Positions 37,543 through 51,481 are shown, counted from the stretch's first letter. The stretch: DNA of 64,000 nucleotides from Takakia lepidozioides (GCA_030704615.1 CM060732.1:77872001-77936000); one strand, 5' to 3'. Notes: generated by a model not told the origin, from the letters alone. Translations and numbers: made by a program.

Positions 37543-38749
37543 CCCCTTGCTAATGCACCATCTCTCTTCAGCTTTCCCCACCTTCCGAACGGCCACAACA
37601 CTTAATCCTCAGGCTCTGGGCAATCTTCCTCTCAAGTTCATGTGATCTGGGGTTGCACTAACAGCATCATGGTGCCCAGTGCCCCCACTGTTCAGTGCTT
37701 CAGTTGCCACCTCTGCTGCAATCACAATTGACATGGCCTACCCATATTGAAGATGTAGCAGTGTGTATTGGCATTCCAAGTGTATTTCATGACCAGGTTT
37801 GAACAGAAGGCAAGAGTTCGAAATTACCCTCACAAGCAACCAGGAACCAATTTCAGTCCCCATGCCAGTTCTTTCCACGGACCGCTGCTGTGCCTCCACA
37901 ATTAACTAGCTCCAGGACTCGGAGGCAGGCACATCCACATCACAGGATAAGGACGGTATTCAGCTCAGTGTTGATTTGAGAGAGGCTGGGGGAGTTTACA
38001 CTTGGGTGGAAGAGTGCAGAATGGAAGAGTTTGAGAATATATCACAAATCAGAATCATCCACCACAATGTTACATACATACATACAAACATTAACAAATT
38101 GCGAAGGAACATTAAAACTAGGATAGCATGGGAAACTTTCACCCCGCTACACACCTAGTGCAACAGTTCACCCCAGCTGAACTCTATACGAGTCTCACTT
38201 CAACCAACAACATTCCACAACAGGAACTTCTGGAGGGGAGTGGTTTAAGTAGGTTAAGTGGAACACCAGAAACTTCGGCATGTCACCCTTACAAAACTAA
38301 GAGATGACTATAGACCTGTTGCAGAGCATTTAATCACAATTTCATCGAGTCTAAGACTTAGGAGCCAAAAAACCAGTATAGTCAATATAAGATAAATTTC
38401 CCTGGAGATATAGGCACACAGACCATAATATTAAGCTTAAAAGGATCCAGCCAATCCTGAGAAGGATGCTGGAAGAAGCCATGTGATATACCCAACAACT
38501 CATACAAAATTCCCCTACCACACCGAGGTTGTCCTTAAAAGGCCATGATCAGAGATCAATGTTTATAAATCAGTACTTGCAGATAAATCATTGAGCTGCA
38601 CATTACCAATTCTCAAGCCTGTGAACTTTTCTAAGAAGATGTGAACAAGAACACCTTCAAAGAAACTCACATACTTGGCATTTACGGATTATGCCACTTC
38701 AGCAACGGCATCCCACCACAGTAGCACAACTGATCAGAACCCCAGTAAC

Positions 38750-40389
38750 TTACTGATACTTCTTGTTAGCAGGAGCCCTAGGAATCTTGCTCAACACAGC
38801 AGCATCAAAAGTCTTGTAATGCTTGTGGGCCTCATTGCCTGCCAGCCTCAAGTAATGGTCAATCTGATCCTCGTACTTCTCATACAGGACTGGGAAGGTA
38901 TGTGCTAAGAGGACACCTGTTTGGAGAAGAAACGTTTAATATTCAGTCACACTATGAGGGCAGGTAACTTGAGTCAATCTGAAACTACTTCCATGCATTC
39001 CACATAATTCAGGCACAAGCCAGTCTACCATCCACCTACCTATAATATATTATGCTGGTAGGAAGATAGTTATGATAGAATGCACAATATTACAGGACTC
39101 CCACTCAGCAACCATGTCTCCTATGATTAACCTTGGAACAAGCCGTATCCATTAACTCATTTGGTAAACTTGCCAACCCCAATCACTATCATAGCCTCAA
39201 AGATGTAGAATTTCTACATGATGCTGACAGTGAAGGTAGGTAATACCCCAAATGTAGAGTGAAAAGTGGAAGGCAAAGAGATGCACATACCAATATACAC
39301 AAGAGTAAGGAAGTTGAACCACGATGCAACAGTAGAGATGACCCACAGCCCAGCAATTACCTGCAAAAGTCATCCAACATTAGGGTAAAGTTACTTTCCA
39401 TCTCACAAGACGTGCAGAGCCCACTCCCAAGGGTTACAAGGAACAAACAGAACAAGGGACGCACCTTCAAGAAGAGCTTGAAATCCTTCCCTAAAGCCAC
39501 ATCGTGAGCAATAGCCAGAACTTTGTTCAGCTCCACACGAACATTGTGGGCTGTGCTGAGGACAAAATCCTCAGATAGCGAGAGCTCGGGCAAAGGAGGA
39601 GGAGGCCTGAACAACAACACCGTGAGTTTAGTAAACAACAACTCGTTATGTCCAGAACCTAACAAGTCCTAAATCATGCTTCCACAGCATCTGGAAACAT
39701 GGAGCTACTGTCACAAGTAGAGAACTGCAGGTGTCAAAAGGGACGACAACATTAGGGCTTGTACAATGCTCTGAGTGAAGACATGCAGAGACAATAAGAT
39801 AGAGAAAGGCTCACCGATTCAAGAGAGATGCCACATTCGACCAGACAAACAGGATGACGATAAGGAAAAGAAGGACGTTGGAGAGGACTGAGAGCAGAGT
39901 GTATCCGGACTTTTCGAACAAGAACCATGCAAGGGACGTTCCAGCAAGGACGCCGACCGACAGGTGCTTTTGCCTCCACAAGAGCACATCGGCATCTGCA
40001 AAAGCGCGAACGGAGTAAACCGAGTAACACGGTCAACGACAGAAGAACTATCTTGCATTTGAAATGACTCTGGCATTGCTGTCACCTAAAACTACAGGTT
40101 AGGGTCACAGAGACGAGTTCAAACCATGTGCTAACTCCGTAAGCGAATACGAGTCCAAGAGGCCAAGCCCCAGGGGAAACCGGTAACAATGATCCGCATC
40201 ATGGAACAAGAGAGCCTCACATTTTCCACCGCCGAAAATATCATGGACGGTCCTCTGCCTCCCAAAGAGGCGGGGGTTGCCTACATATTGTCCCGCAGGA
40301 GCCGATGTCGAAGCGGGCAGCTTGGAAAAGCTATCAACTACCGAATTCACAGCGGCAGCCACAGCCGACACATCCGTATGCTCAGACAT
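38750..40389 (-). CDS. Reticulon-like protein B (RTNLB), 5 exons, 242 aa: 40389-40221, 39995-39815, 39606-39465, 39360-39291, 38916-38750
   Basis: RLFGRQRTVHDIFGGGK, ADVLLWR, two long hydrophobic segments, PVLYEKYEDQID, VLSKIP; all introns GT-AG; exons sum to 729 nt. Confidence 0.93.
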
Positions 40390-41309
40390 GGTGCTGTTCT
40401 CAGATGCAAGGCGACTACTCTGCAGACTTCACACACTCCCGAGGCTCTGACACATTCCATAAGCAGGATCCAAAATCAGTACCAAGCTCCATCCCGATTA
40501 CAACTCCACCACTACCGCCAAGAACACCTTCCAATTACACCCTCGCTGCAGGAACCCCAACGGCAACAACAGCACAACAAAACACACGGTTCCCCCCCGG
40601 AATGAAAGAGACCGCCAGGGTTAGAGAAGATCATCATCACCTATGCAGCACCACAACGCTAGATCGATCGCAAAATCTAAGAACCGACGCAGCTTCTAGC
40701 TTTCAAAGAAAGCAACCAAATCAGTCCGAACAACTCCCCGGCTTTACCTCCGACTCAGATGCTCGCTCCAGACGCGCAGAGCTCCCTAGCACAGCAGATC
40801 CGGCAGCATTTCCAGCACGTTGGGCGGCAGCGAGGAAGGAAGGGGGAAAGTGAGGGGCACTGCAAGCGCCCCTCACCAAGGAAACCCCCCGCAGCGCGCC
40901 CAACGCCTGTGGGCCGTCCGATGGACGTTTCGCCTGTCATCGGGCCGCCCTCCGCCCGGCGCGTGGCGCCAGATGCTCCGCCTAGGTCTTAGGTAAGATG
41001 CGGGTCGGCGCGGGCCATGCTGGGCCTGCCACCTCAACCTCCCTGCACTTGGACCCTTTCTCCTTGTCACGTCGAATCGCCACACCATTCGCCCAATTCG
41101 ACGTGCCGTCCAAGCATCTATCACAACGGTCCACGTGGCGGATGTGCATTTACTTCTTATTTGCTTGCAGTCTTTCTTTGGTAGTGTGACTAGTAAACTG
41201 ACATTTGAAATATGTTATGTAAATATTTATCTTTTGTGACGTTAGTTACACACCGACTATTTTTATGTAGCTCAGTGGTTATGTTTTCCTCCTTACTCAA
41301 TTCAATTTC

Positions 41310-42701
41310 AAGTGGGGCCACATTCTCTTGAAAGGGACTTAATTTGAAAGAGATCTCGAGGAAGGACCATGCCACGAAAGTTTTGGCCTTCCTATGGAAA
41401 CTGGCGCATAGGATCCTCCCAGTAAATGCAACCTTGCAGGATACGCCACAGAACTGCTTGAACATTGTGCCCGGCTGGTTCATAAACAATCGACACTGTT
41501 TTTTGCAATGCCCTCGGGCTAAATCTCATCCGGAAAGAAATCCTTTAGTTCTACTCTAACTGGAGGTTGGGTAGCGTGAGCATGCTCTCACGTGAGCACA
41601 AGCAAATATTAAGGATATTCCCTAGATGCCTTTCGAATATTATCCAGCGAAACTAAAATTGAGAAACTAAAAACTTTGCGAAACTTTTTTTAGTTTCTCA
41701 CATAGGCCCTTATAGCATTACTTAAGAACAAGTAACACCTATACACGATAAACATGTTACCCTATAGGCGTGGGGTTTCCTCACATGATACCGCAGAAAA
41801 CCCCATAAAAACAAAAATCGTGGTTTTCAGTCCGGGTATCAATAGTTTAAGGCATAGAAAAGTTATTTTCACACTGAGAAAATAAATCTGAAGGTACTCA
41901 TATGCACCGTGCCTATTAGCGTGTAATTCTTATGGCTGCGGTTTGAAAATATTTAACCCCTATGACCGCGGGTTGTGCTCACGCCGTGCTCAAAGGATAC
42001 CAACCCCCCTCTAACTGGAAGGCTTTCCCACCTTCCCCTCCCTCCTCTCTCATTCTTCTTAATATTATTTTGGGTAACCTAGGCTTACCTACCCAATCTG
42101 GGCGTGCTTTAGAGCACATACACTGTGGAATTTGTGGAAGGCAAGATGGAAATTTGAGGGGATGTCCCTCAGCATCAATAATGTTTACTATGATATGATG
42201 ACTGAGGGGAGAGAGGCATGGGTATCCTTGAGATCAGAGGAGAAGGCTTCTCCAAGATTTCGATATCACATGGGGCAAGGGTGGTTGGCTCGGCGCCCGT
42301 GTTTCCGACCCAAGGGTGCAATGGAAAGACACAATCCCCACGCAATGGTAAGACCCATGGTGGTGAGAGGGATGAAGGGGAGTGTAACTGGAGACACAAG
42401 CGTGCACGGGAAGCACAACTTACATGGGCATAGACAAGATATCATTTGGAAGATCACGTGCTTTCTCACCGTCTCTTTTACGGCATTATGTTTCTCCTGT
42501 TCCTACTCCTTTTGTCATTCCTCTTATCATTCTTCCACTCATAAATTAGCACTTTGAACTCATCTCTTTTTCCCAGCATCTTAGTCACGGGGTGATTCCC
42601 CCTTTGTAAGCCTTAACGGCTCCACAGTGGTTTTTTTTTTCCACCCAATGCAATACAAGGGGGGAAGGAGCCTTAACTGCTCCTTTCCCAAAAAAAAAAA
42701 A
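41310..42701 (+). mobile_element. Degenerate 3' fragment of an L1-type LINE (copy C), split by a MITE
   Basis: KDHATKVLAFLWKLAHRILPV, HCFLQCP, WKARWK, WKDTIPTQW, poly(A) 42690-42701; similar to the copy A C-terminus. Confidence 0.8.
41562..42008. mobile_element. MITE, possibly hAT-type, inserted in LINE C
   Basis: Imperfect TIRs GGTTGGGTAGC...GTGAGCACAA / TTGTGCTCAC...GATACCAACC; flanking duplication CTCTAACT(GGA) at 41554 and 42009. Confidence 0.7.
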
Positions 42702-42961
42702 CGTCCATCGACAGAATCACCTTCGAGAGGAGTTCACTTTCTGCCTCCCCCCCCCACCGTCACCCCTTTTCTTTATACATACTATGGTAGCATGTGCTGT
42801 TGGCCCAAGTGTCAAGTGTCATATAAGCCCAAGTGCAATCCCTTATGTATGCAGGTGTGTCTCCTATGTCGAGGCCCAAGTGCGACCTCTAGGGTAGCCT
42901 CTGCAGTTAATGGCCCAAGGGTCCAAATGTCATCTAAGTCCAAATGCATTTTTTTTTTCCA

Positions 42962-43046
42962 CAGAGCCTACGACCAGATTTGAACCGGAGACCTTTCCCT
43001 TGATATCTCTCCTCTCGAGGCTCCAACCATTGTTCCAAGAAAGCCC
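42962..43046 (-). other. Degenerate tRNA-like sequence (possible SINE head)
   Basis: A-box-like TGGAACAATGG and B-box GGTTCAAATC; no convincing cloverleaf. Confidence 0.3.
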
Positions 43047-44361
43047 ACTTTGCTATTTTTCGGGAATTTCCAGCGACCCAAAGTACTTGAAATTCCACAT
43101 CTCCCATACCGCGGGTCCAAAAATCATGAGGCCAAGCCCGTGTACCCCTCCTTGCTGAGGGCTTTCCAATGGTACCAAGCACCAGGGCTGGGGCCTTGCG
43201 GTTGGGGACATCTCAAATCTACAAAACGAACAAAACAAAACAAACGTCTCGCTTCATATATTAGATATTATATTATTTAATTATCTACTGAGCTTATCGC
43301 ACCAGTAACTCACCAACCTCTTTTTTTTTTGGTCTCATCCTATCTAGCATGTCTACTAAGGATTAATTCCTCATATATTCTGATTTGTTCAGTTATACTA
43401 TTAATTTTATTTCATTATTTTGCCTAATATCCAAAAATAATTAGTAAAGTTTATAAAATTGATGGTTTCTCAAAATGATAAATAATTAAATAAAAGAGTA
43501 AGATGGTTTACTAGGTGACCATCATTTGTGAAGAATGACATGTGCACTATATTATATTAGAGTTTTTCTCTTAAGAGAACTATAAATAAATAAATTTTAC
43601 ACTCTCCATGTGGATTGTCACCAAGTCCAAATTAGACTCAAATCTTCAAGTCCCCGGCGACTCATCCCGCATAGAAAGGGTCTAACGACATGTTCTAGTT
43701 GGGGGAGTCTCGAACATCTGTTCCTGGTCCTACAATGTGCTAAAGTGTGGAAAGGTCGGCGTCATACTTTGGGAGGCATCATACTTTTTTTCTTTTTTTT
43801 TCTTGTTGGAAGGACGTCGATCCAAAGGTAAGAAGCTATTTTCTTTTTTCTTTTTTTTACAATGGCACAGAAAGGCTATAGAATATAGTGAATTGGGAAG
43901 GAAAAAATAATCTGGCATGACAGGCCATGGACGCTGAGAAACTGCGGGCTTGCCAACTTTTTTTTTTCGGAAGGAAAATAAAGAGAAACACCCGGGAGCG
44001 GGCCTGCCAACTTGCTTGTGGAAAACATGATGAAATGCATCGTGTCAAAAATAATATTTAATACATATTTTTGGGCCGATTGGGAAGATGATCTGTGCAT
44101 TGAAATGTCATGCAACGTGTAAAACTATACTGTTGGCAAATTTCATGGGAGAAAATAATATGATTCCTAAGAATGATGAACGTGATTTTGCTTATTATAT
44201 CCCCTACAACACTAAATGGTATTTTCTTGGAGAGAAAATGATAATATGATAAAATCGTATATATTTAATACTTTTATAATCTTAAGAGGGATTTTTTAGC
44301 AGGGTTTTACAAAACCTTACAAAAATGAGTTATAATAACCACACTCTCAAGGATGATTTTT

Positions 44362-44493
44362 TTGGGTGGTGTCCCGTGCGAAAGCCTTCAGGCGAGGTTA
44401 CTGTGAAAGAGGTTTTTTTTCCTCTCACTACAATTAAGGGGCCTGGTTTGTGAGCTGTCGCTCCCAAGTGTTTCCCTTTATGATTAAAAAAAA
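44362..44493 (+). mobile_element. 5'-truncated copy of the SINE at 58436
   Basis: GGGTGGTGTCCC...GGTTACTGTGAAAGAGGTT...TTTGTGAGCTGTCGCTCCCA plus A tail shared with 58523-58649. Confidence 0.7.
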
Positions 44494-47328
44494 GAATACT
44501 TTGACAGGCATCCACCTTTTCCATAAACAAGTTGTACAATTTAATGTGTGTTATAGATAGTGGTTGAGTAACAACAGGGCCTCCGTCCCCTTTAGTTTTA
44601 AAAAATCATTTAGAAAATAAGCCGCAAACCGCAAGAGGCTCTGTCCATTGAAGCAACAATTTTGACAAGCTGCCACGTGGTTTATACTTAAGAGCTTTTT
44701 AGAACAATCATACTCTTGACACGGTGTAAGGTCCGTTGACCACATTTTCTCCATTGACTTGCAAAGTCTTTGCCCTAAGAGCAACAAATGGCTAAGTAAC
44801 AAAGTTATGAACTAGAATGTGTTGTTGTAAGGTATCATGCCCTATGACTGACGGTAAAAGCTCAGGTCTGCTCTTTGTCACATGAAAATGGAATCCAATC
44901 TTAGAATCGATCAAGTTTTGTCGACAAACTGGTCCCACGCACTCTACAAGTTTCAGCATAATTTTGCAGATGATATGAGTAAGATATGAATATTACAAAA
45001 ACTGATAAAGGGGACAACAAAGAATAATTCCAAAATTGTCTACCAACACTCCGTACCAACCCTATCACCTTCTATGTAGTGCTGCAAAACAAAGACTGGA
45101 ATGTTCTTGACCCAACGAGGTAAACTGAAGACCATTTGTAGCTTACCACATAACGAAGACTCAACTAAGAGCAAACACATTCTGGACTATTCCCTAAACA
45201 CCTTTTGATGGTTGTCAAGGTCTTCTCATCACATCGCTCTCTCCTTGTTGCAACGCTGAAAACTACATGTCGTTCATCCTCATTCGAGACTGCTGCACTT
45301 GTTACAACACGCACTTTGCACCATGTTTCTGTCTAAGATAAAATGTCACAGGATGGTATGATACTAGTCGTGCTTGCTCTAAGACCAACTCTAGAGCGTA
45401 GTGGTGCAGCGTGATGCTTTCTACGGCACCTTCTCGAGGCAGTTTGAACCACTTTTCTTGCTCATCGTTTAACTAATGACATCGCACCTTTTTTTTTGTG
45501 CATTCATTGGTTCTCATGCATGGATCTAAGGAACGAATAAAGAACGCGTTCAATAGATGACGATCTTAGAGGTCGTAACGGTCATAGGGCAGTATACCAG
45601 AGTTCTTTCCAATCATACATTCATGTATAAAGGTTAAGTTCCGTAAGCTTACTACACACTTGTTTATTATAAATTTAAATGATTCAAACATGATACATCA
45701 AATTATTTATTTGACGCAATAATTTTTGGCATGCCTTTGGACCCAAAAGGGTTTCAATTTTTCCCTTCAATTATTCGAATAAAATTTTAACGGGCTTCCT
45801 CCCATTTTCTTTAAGGAAAAAAAATCAACTGAGATTTAATAGAGGAAAAGATAGCCATGATATATTAATAAAGATGGACTCATGTCCAAGCAATGTAAAT
45901 TATGGCACCTGACACGAGCCAGTGCCTTGCATTTGGGAGGTGAACACTAACCCTTCCCCCTTAGGTGAACAAGTATCATCTAATACATATGCATATGTGA
46001 TTTTGAATCATGTCAATTGTCAGTGACCATGTGCTTGTTGCCTTTGTCGGATCTTCCTTACATTAAAGGCTAAGATAAACCATTTTCTTCTTTCTAGAAG
46101 GCTAAACCTCCAATTTCTCATGGCACATGAGGACTAGGGGTTCAGAATTGCTTCAGACATCGACGTCATCCGATTTCATCCACAAAATAGATTGCATTGT
46201 TGATAAAATATGTCGCGAGTCAATTCACATAGTATTTGAAAACAAACTTGGAACAAATGAGAAATGTTATTATTTCTATTTGATCTTAGTAGATCTAGAT
46301 CTAATCATAATAGGAGAATCTTGACTGTGCAAACAAGATAGTGAATAAATTTACATTAAATCAAAAGGTTTGTAGGTTTATTTAAGATATCACTATATAG
46401 TTCGTATTTTCTATATGGAATAACTTTGAACCTATTAGTAAGCAATGCTTATCATTCTACATCACATGAACAACGAATAAATTTTCTATGATCACATGAC
46501 TCACTTCCTTCAACTTTTGGGGCCATTACAAAACGGAATGTGTCTTCATTTTTCGTTTATAAATATGAGATACCACAATTGTGTTATAGGTTTGATTACT
46601 CTACATCTAAGTTCAAAACCAAAATAAATACATTAACTAATTAAAAAACAACTAGCTAGATGCACCTTATGCTGAATACGTGGGTCATGCATGATAACTA
46701 ACACATTTTGTTAATCATCAGAGTATACAATATACACTAAACAATGCCATTTTATTTTATTTTTTCATTAGGTGTTGCATACAATAGTTAGAAGATGTGC
46801 AATACAATAAAGTTATTCGTTAAGTCCTGCCCTGTTTGACCCTTTGATCCATCTCCACATGTCTCTGGTGGGCAATTGAGCCTATCCGTTGAGTCGAACG
46901 AACTGGGTACCAGCTGAAGGAAGTGGGGACAGACCAGCCTCCAAATAGCATGGCCTGGCTGGTGATGGATGCCTGGGCCGCGTTAACTCATCCAAGTGTC
47001 CCCTGCCCGGGTGTGGGCAATGTGATGGCAGCGGGCCAGTGTCAAGCTCATCTAGGAGTCCTAGGGTCTGCGCCCACAGATGCGGCGAGCGAGGATGACG
47101 GGATCAAACATGTTTGAGCTACTTTTTCGAGCTACTTTGCTTTTTTTTGCATGTACTTTGCTCGCCCCTTCTTTTGGATATTCATTGACATTCATCTTAT
47201 CTTTTGACCAAACTGGCCCACCAATCTCACCCACGATTTTCGGATAATTTTAATATATGCAATATTATAAGAGTCAACCCCATTGATATGTTTTTGCATA
47301 CAATATTGAGTCGTTGCTTGGACACGTG

Positions 47329-47390
47329 GACACCTTTGTGACACTAATTGGTGGATTGAATCCACAACCACGCTTGAGGTTGTATGTGCC
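47329..47390. repeat. Short dispersed repeat; inverted relative at ~51697-51753
   Basis: ACATAC.ACCTC...TTCAATCCAC...TGTCACAAA(A)GGTGTCCAC shared; contains a B-box-like motif. Confidence 0.55.
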
Positions 47391-48707
47391 CACTAGTACA
47401 TCTTGGTTGGCGCGGTAGAGAACTATAGGGTCCATCTAGTCTCCATCATCATTATTATTATTGGCTGCCTATATGGCAATTCGAGAAAAACACACGACAA
47501 TCTCATGGGAAAAAAACTTAAAACAAAAACGAAAACCCTTAAAAATTGCTGAAAATTCCTCTTTTTAACCACTACTTCCTAATGTAAGCTCCCCTCATCC
47601 CTCCTAAGCTTACACTACAGTGGTAGTTAGGAGATGGAGGTGTACACCAGTGTTGGTCTGGTATCTTGAATTGGAAATACCAGAAGGGTCCTGGTATGCA
47701 GTGCTGATTTTTTTTAAGGCAGGGAGGTTTTCCAATAATGCATCCCCTGATTTCTCCAAGTATGAATCTGGTATGCATAGAGTGGTTTGTTAAGAAAATC
47801 AATCCGGATATGAGCAATGGTATCTGAATGTCAATAACCTAGAAATATGAGCTTGATATGGTATTAAAAAATAATAAAATAAAAATGGTACTAGTATTCA
47901 GATTCAAATTCAATATTGAAATGGCCATATGAACTATTCAAATGGCCATAGGATACCAACACCCATACAATTATACACTGAATCAGAATTGCATCCATAG
48001 TGTCTCGCAAAATGAAGATCATAAAGAGGCGCTCATAAACACATGAAACCATATGTGTATATTAATATGATACCCGAATAGACCTGCAGCAAGGAGTCGA
48101 GCTCTAGTAGGGGCCGGCGAAGGAGAACCCGAACCGCCGTCTGGTAGGGTTTGGGGGGGGGGCGGGGAACTCGAGAACCTTCCGGTAGGGTACTACAAAT
48201 GTTTACGGGGACAGAGAACAGTAGGTTAGGTGAGGAGAGACCCGGGTTGATACCCGACGAAACCAGGTACCACCAGACCAACACTGGTGTACACATGATG
48301 TTTATAATGAGAAGCTAAGAGAGAAATGAGAATCATGATTAAGTCAACAAATTAACACTTGTCTAAAAATCTGCAATTTATCACTATTATTATTTTCTAT
48401 TTTTATTACTATTAAAAAATATTTTCATGGTAATCATGGATAAAGAAGCGTAAACTAAGGAGTTTTTGGCAAAACTTGAAACAAGAAATTTGCCAAATCA
48501 ATTCAAAAATTGAGTGACTCAACCCTTCCGGCCGGAAGGCAGGCGCCCTTGGGGATCACATTCCGTCCCAACCAACCAACAATCATACATCCATTCATTG
48601 ATCAACCATTAACCAATCTCATCCGATACATTAACTGCCCAAGAAGTTCATTAAACTACTTATCAGTCACTAATCAATGCGCCGTTATTCAACCAAATTG
48701 CGCTGAA

Positions 48708-49365
48708 TTGTACTTATGTCGTAAGTAACTTTATTGATTGTGCATTTACTAACCTACTAATGGAGTTAGTATGTAGTAAATTGGCGGGGGAATTTGTCTA
48801 CGGATCCAACGGCTCTACTGCTCAAGGTCACAGCAGATCCCTGATCTCATCCGACGGCTTATGAGAAGAATCGGAATCTGAAATGAACGGTCCAGATACT
48901 TTCCTATCGGATCCCAGACTATGGGTGGATGAATGCATGCCTGCCAGGCTTTAGTTATCATCCGTAAAGCACTGCTCGATTCACTTTGTAAACATAGTGA
49001 CGGAGTTTCTGTTTGCTCCGGCTGGGCAATTTCTGGATTAAGACTCTCCGCCCAAGCATTTTCGTAATCTGGGCCAAGAGGGAGATTTTTGAGTGGGCTT
49101 CACAACAACGTAAAAACCTACGGGTTTTTTCTCTTTGTATTTTCAGGGAGCTTACATGGCGGAATGTCACGTCAACAATGGGCGGGGGATATTACGCGGC
49201 CCCGGGATCTTACGTGTAATTTCCCTAGGGATATTATGCGTAATTTCCCTAGGGAGATTATGCATGCCATCTTTTCCTTACAATGTCATCTTTTATGTTA
49301 GATGCCCCAATCTGAGCCGTCCAAAGCGAAAAGAAACCCTATGTCTTTACGCAACGTAAGTACAA
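48708..49365. mobile_element. Possible MITE
   Basis: TTGTACTTATGTCGTAA / TTACGCAACGTAAGTACAA inverted termini; no TSD established. Confidence 0.4.
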
Positions 49366-49934
49366 ACCCTCGGGCTGGTACCTTAGTATTCATGTGGTGA
49401 CCTCGGGCTGCGCCCTGGGTCATTCCCCTCACACCGTGGTACACCCTCGGGTGGGGGACTTACCCTATACGAAAAGTCTTCCCCAAGTGTCCGTGAGAGA
49501 TGAGCCTATATGTTTATAGCCTATACAGGGGCACGACTCTCAAGCAACCCTTTTTTTTTCATTTTTTCTTGGGCGTGGATGTGGCGAAATATTTTTGGGA
49601 CTGAGTACAAAGGTGGCGACAAGTACAATGTCCACCTAGAATCCACTTGGCTACAAGTACGGAACATATTGTGCAATATGGCGATGAGACGGTGCAATAT
49701 GGCAATATGGTTACTATATATGGCTACAATATGGCTACATATATATACACAATATGGCTACCCAACCCCGGGAGAGCAGGAAAAAACCAGCATGAGCTCA
49801 ATCCACGAATTTGTTTGCAAACGAAAATACAAATATTATGCGGAGATATGGTACTACTATGTTAATAAGGTTGAATATATAGCTAAAACCCTCTCCTAGT
49901 AAAACACAAATATTTAATAATGAATAAGGGTTTT

Positions 49935-51200
49935 TTGTAAATTCTCAGGCAACCCCAACCCATTGCCTCCGATGGATTTGAAACAGTATGGTAAGAATTT
50001 CCGCTAGTTTTTATCAGCCCCCCTTAAGCTGCTACAGTTTGACCCTGGGGAGTGGATATGGATGAATAAGGGACATGATCCCTTCCTCAAATATTCGGTT
50101 AAGTTGGGGTACAAGTTGTTGATGCCTAAAAGAGGTTTTGACCGTAAGTGGTCTTTAAAGTGGCTACATCTGCTTGGATCTGCGGTGCCGTGGAAACTAG
50201 TTTGGGAGACATCTAGAAAAAACACACATTTGTTAAGATAATGGCTTTCATGTGGAAGGTGGTTAACGGAATCTTGCCAGTGGCAACCTGGCTGCTAATG
50301 AAGACTTGGAACATGCCTTGGTGTTGTGCCCTTTCGCTCGAGTTGTTTGGGACAAGGCCCTTTCTCTATACTCTTTCTGGTCTTCTGACTTGGATTCATC
50401 TCCCTCGGTTTTGCTGCTTAATGCTAAGAATGGCAGAATGCACTCTTCTTGTCCAGTGTGGGAATCTCTCAGGGGGATAATCCTTTGGCAGCTATGGAAA
50501 ATGAGGTGTTGTGTGGTGTATCAGAAAGAGAGGCCGTGTGTGCAGAAAGTTCTTTATCTGGCTCACTCAGACCTTAGGTCTGAGGCTCGCAAAGCTTGGT
50601 TTATTTTGCTTGCAGCTCTAAATTCCAAGTGTCACAGCAATCGAAGACCCCAACTCTTTGCCAAGTTCGACGAATCTTGGGGGAAGGACTTTGTTTTCTG
50701 CAGGAGAATTGAAGACACAAGAATTGTGTGGGAAGACTCCTCCCCTGCTTGTTGGAAGCTCAACTAGTACGAAACAGACTCCGCTGGAGAATGAAGACAC
50801 GGAAATAAATTGGAGACACAAACGTAGTGGCTCTAGGAAAGCAAAAGCAAAGACACAGCTTACTTATGAGGGTCCTAAGAGGAAACGAGGCAGTATATAG
50901 GATGTTTTTCTGGCAGACTAGGTCCTGCTCTCCTTCTTCTTGCTCGACAGGTTCATCTCTGTAGGGTGGACACTTCAGCTCTATCTTTTCTCCTCACTTC
51001 TCCCTGTTTTCGACTATGTCAGGAATTAATTCCTACTTAGTCTAGATTCATCTTCCTTGATTTTTGTAATGTTGGTTTTGAGTGGTACCTCTGTAATCTA
51101 CCTTATGGCTCTCTGTAAGGTTATGTTTTCCTTATCTCTTCTTCAATAAATTTGTCAGGGCTACAATTCCCTGTCATCTATAAAAAAAATAAAAAAAATA
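49935..51200 (+). mobile_element. Degenerate 3' fragment of an L1-type LINE (copy D)
   Basis: AFMWKVVNGILPV, EHALVLCP, CPVWESLRGIILWQLWKMRC, WEDSSPACW, A-rich tail ~51180-51200. Confidence 0.85.
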
Positions 51201-51239
51201 AATTTAAATTTAAATTTAAATATTATAACATTATAAACG

Positions 51240-51481
51240 GCAGTATTCGCTAGCGAAATACTGGAGATGGGGAGTTACACTAGCGAAACAAATCAATTTT
51301 TTAAAAAGAAACCCGAATCAAAAAAAAAATTTCGTTAGCGAAACTCCAAATTGTGCTCATGTAAGCACATTTCGCTTTGTTGTCGCATATTCTTAGGATT
51401 TTTGGGGATTATTCAAAATATGCCTATCTGCTTGCTTAAGCTGGCTCACGCCAACTTGGTGCTCATACACTACCCAACCTA
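51240..51481. mobile_element. Remnant of the MITE family seen at 41562
   Basis: Ends GTGCTCATACACTACCCAACCTA (reverse complement TAGGTTGGGTAG...GAGCAC); repeated TAGCGAAA. Confidence 0.5.
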
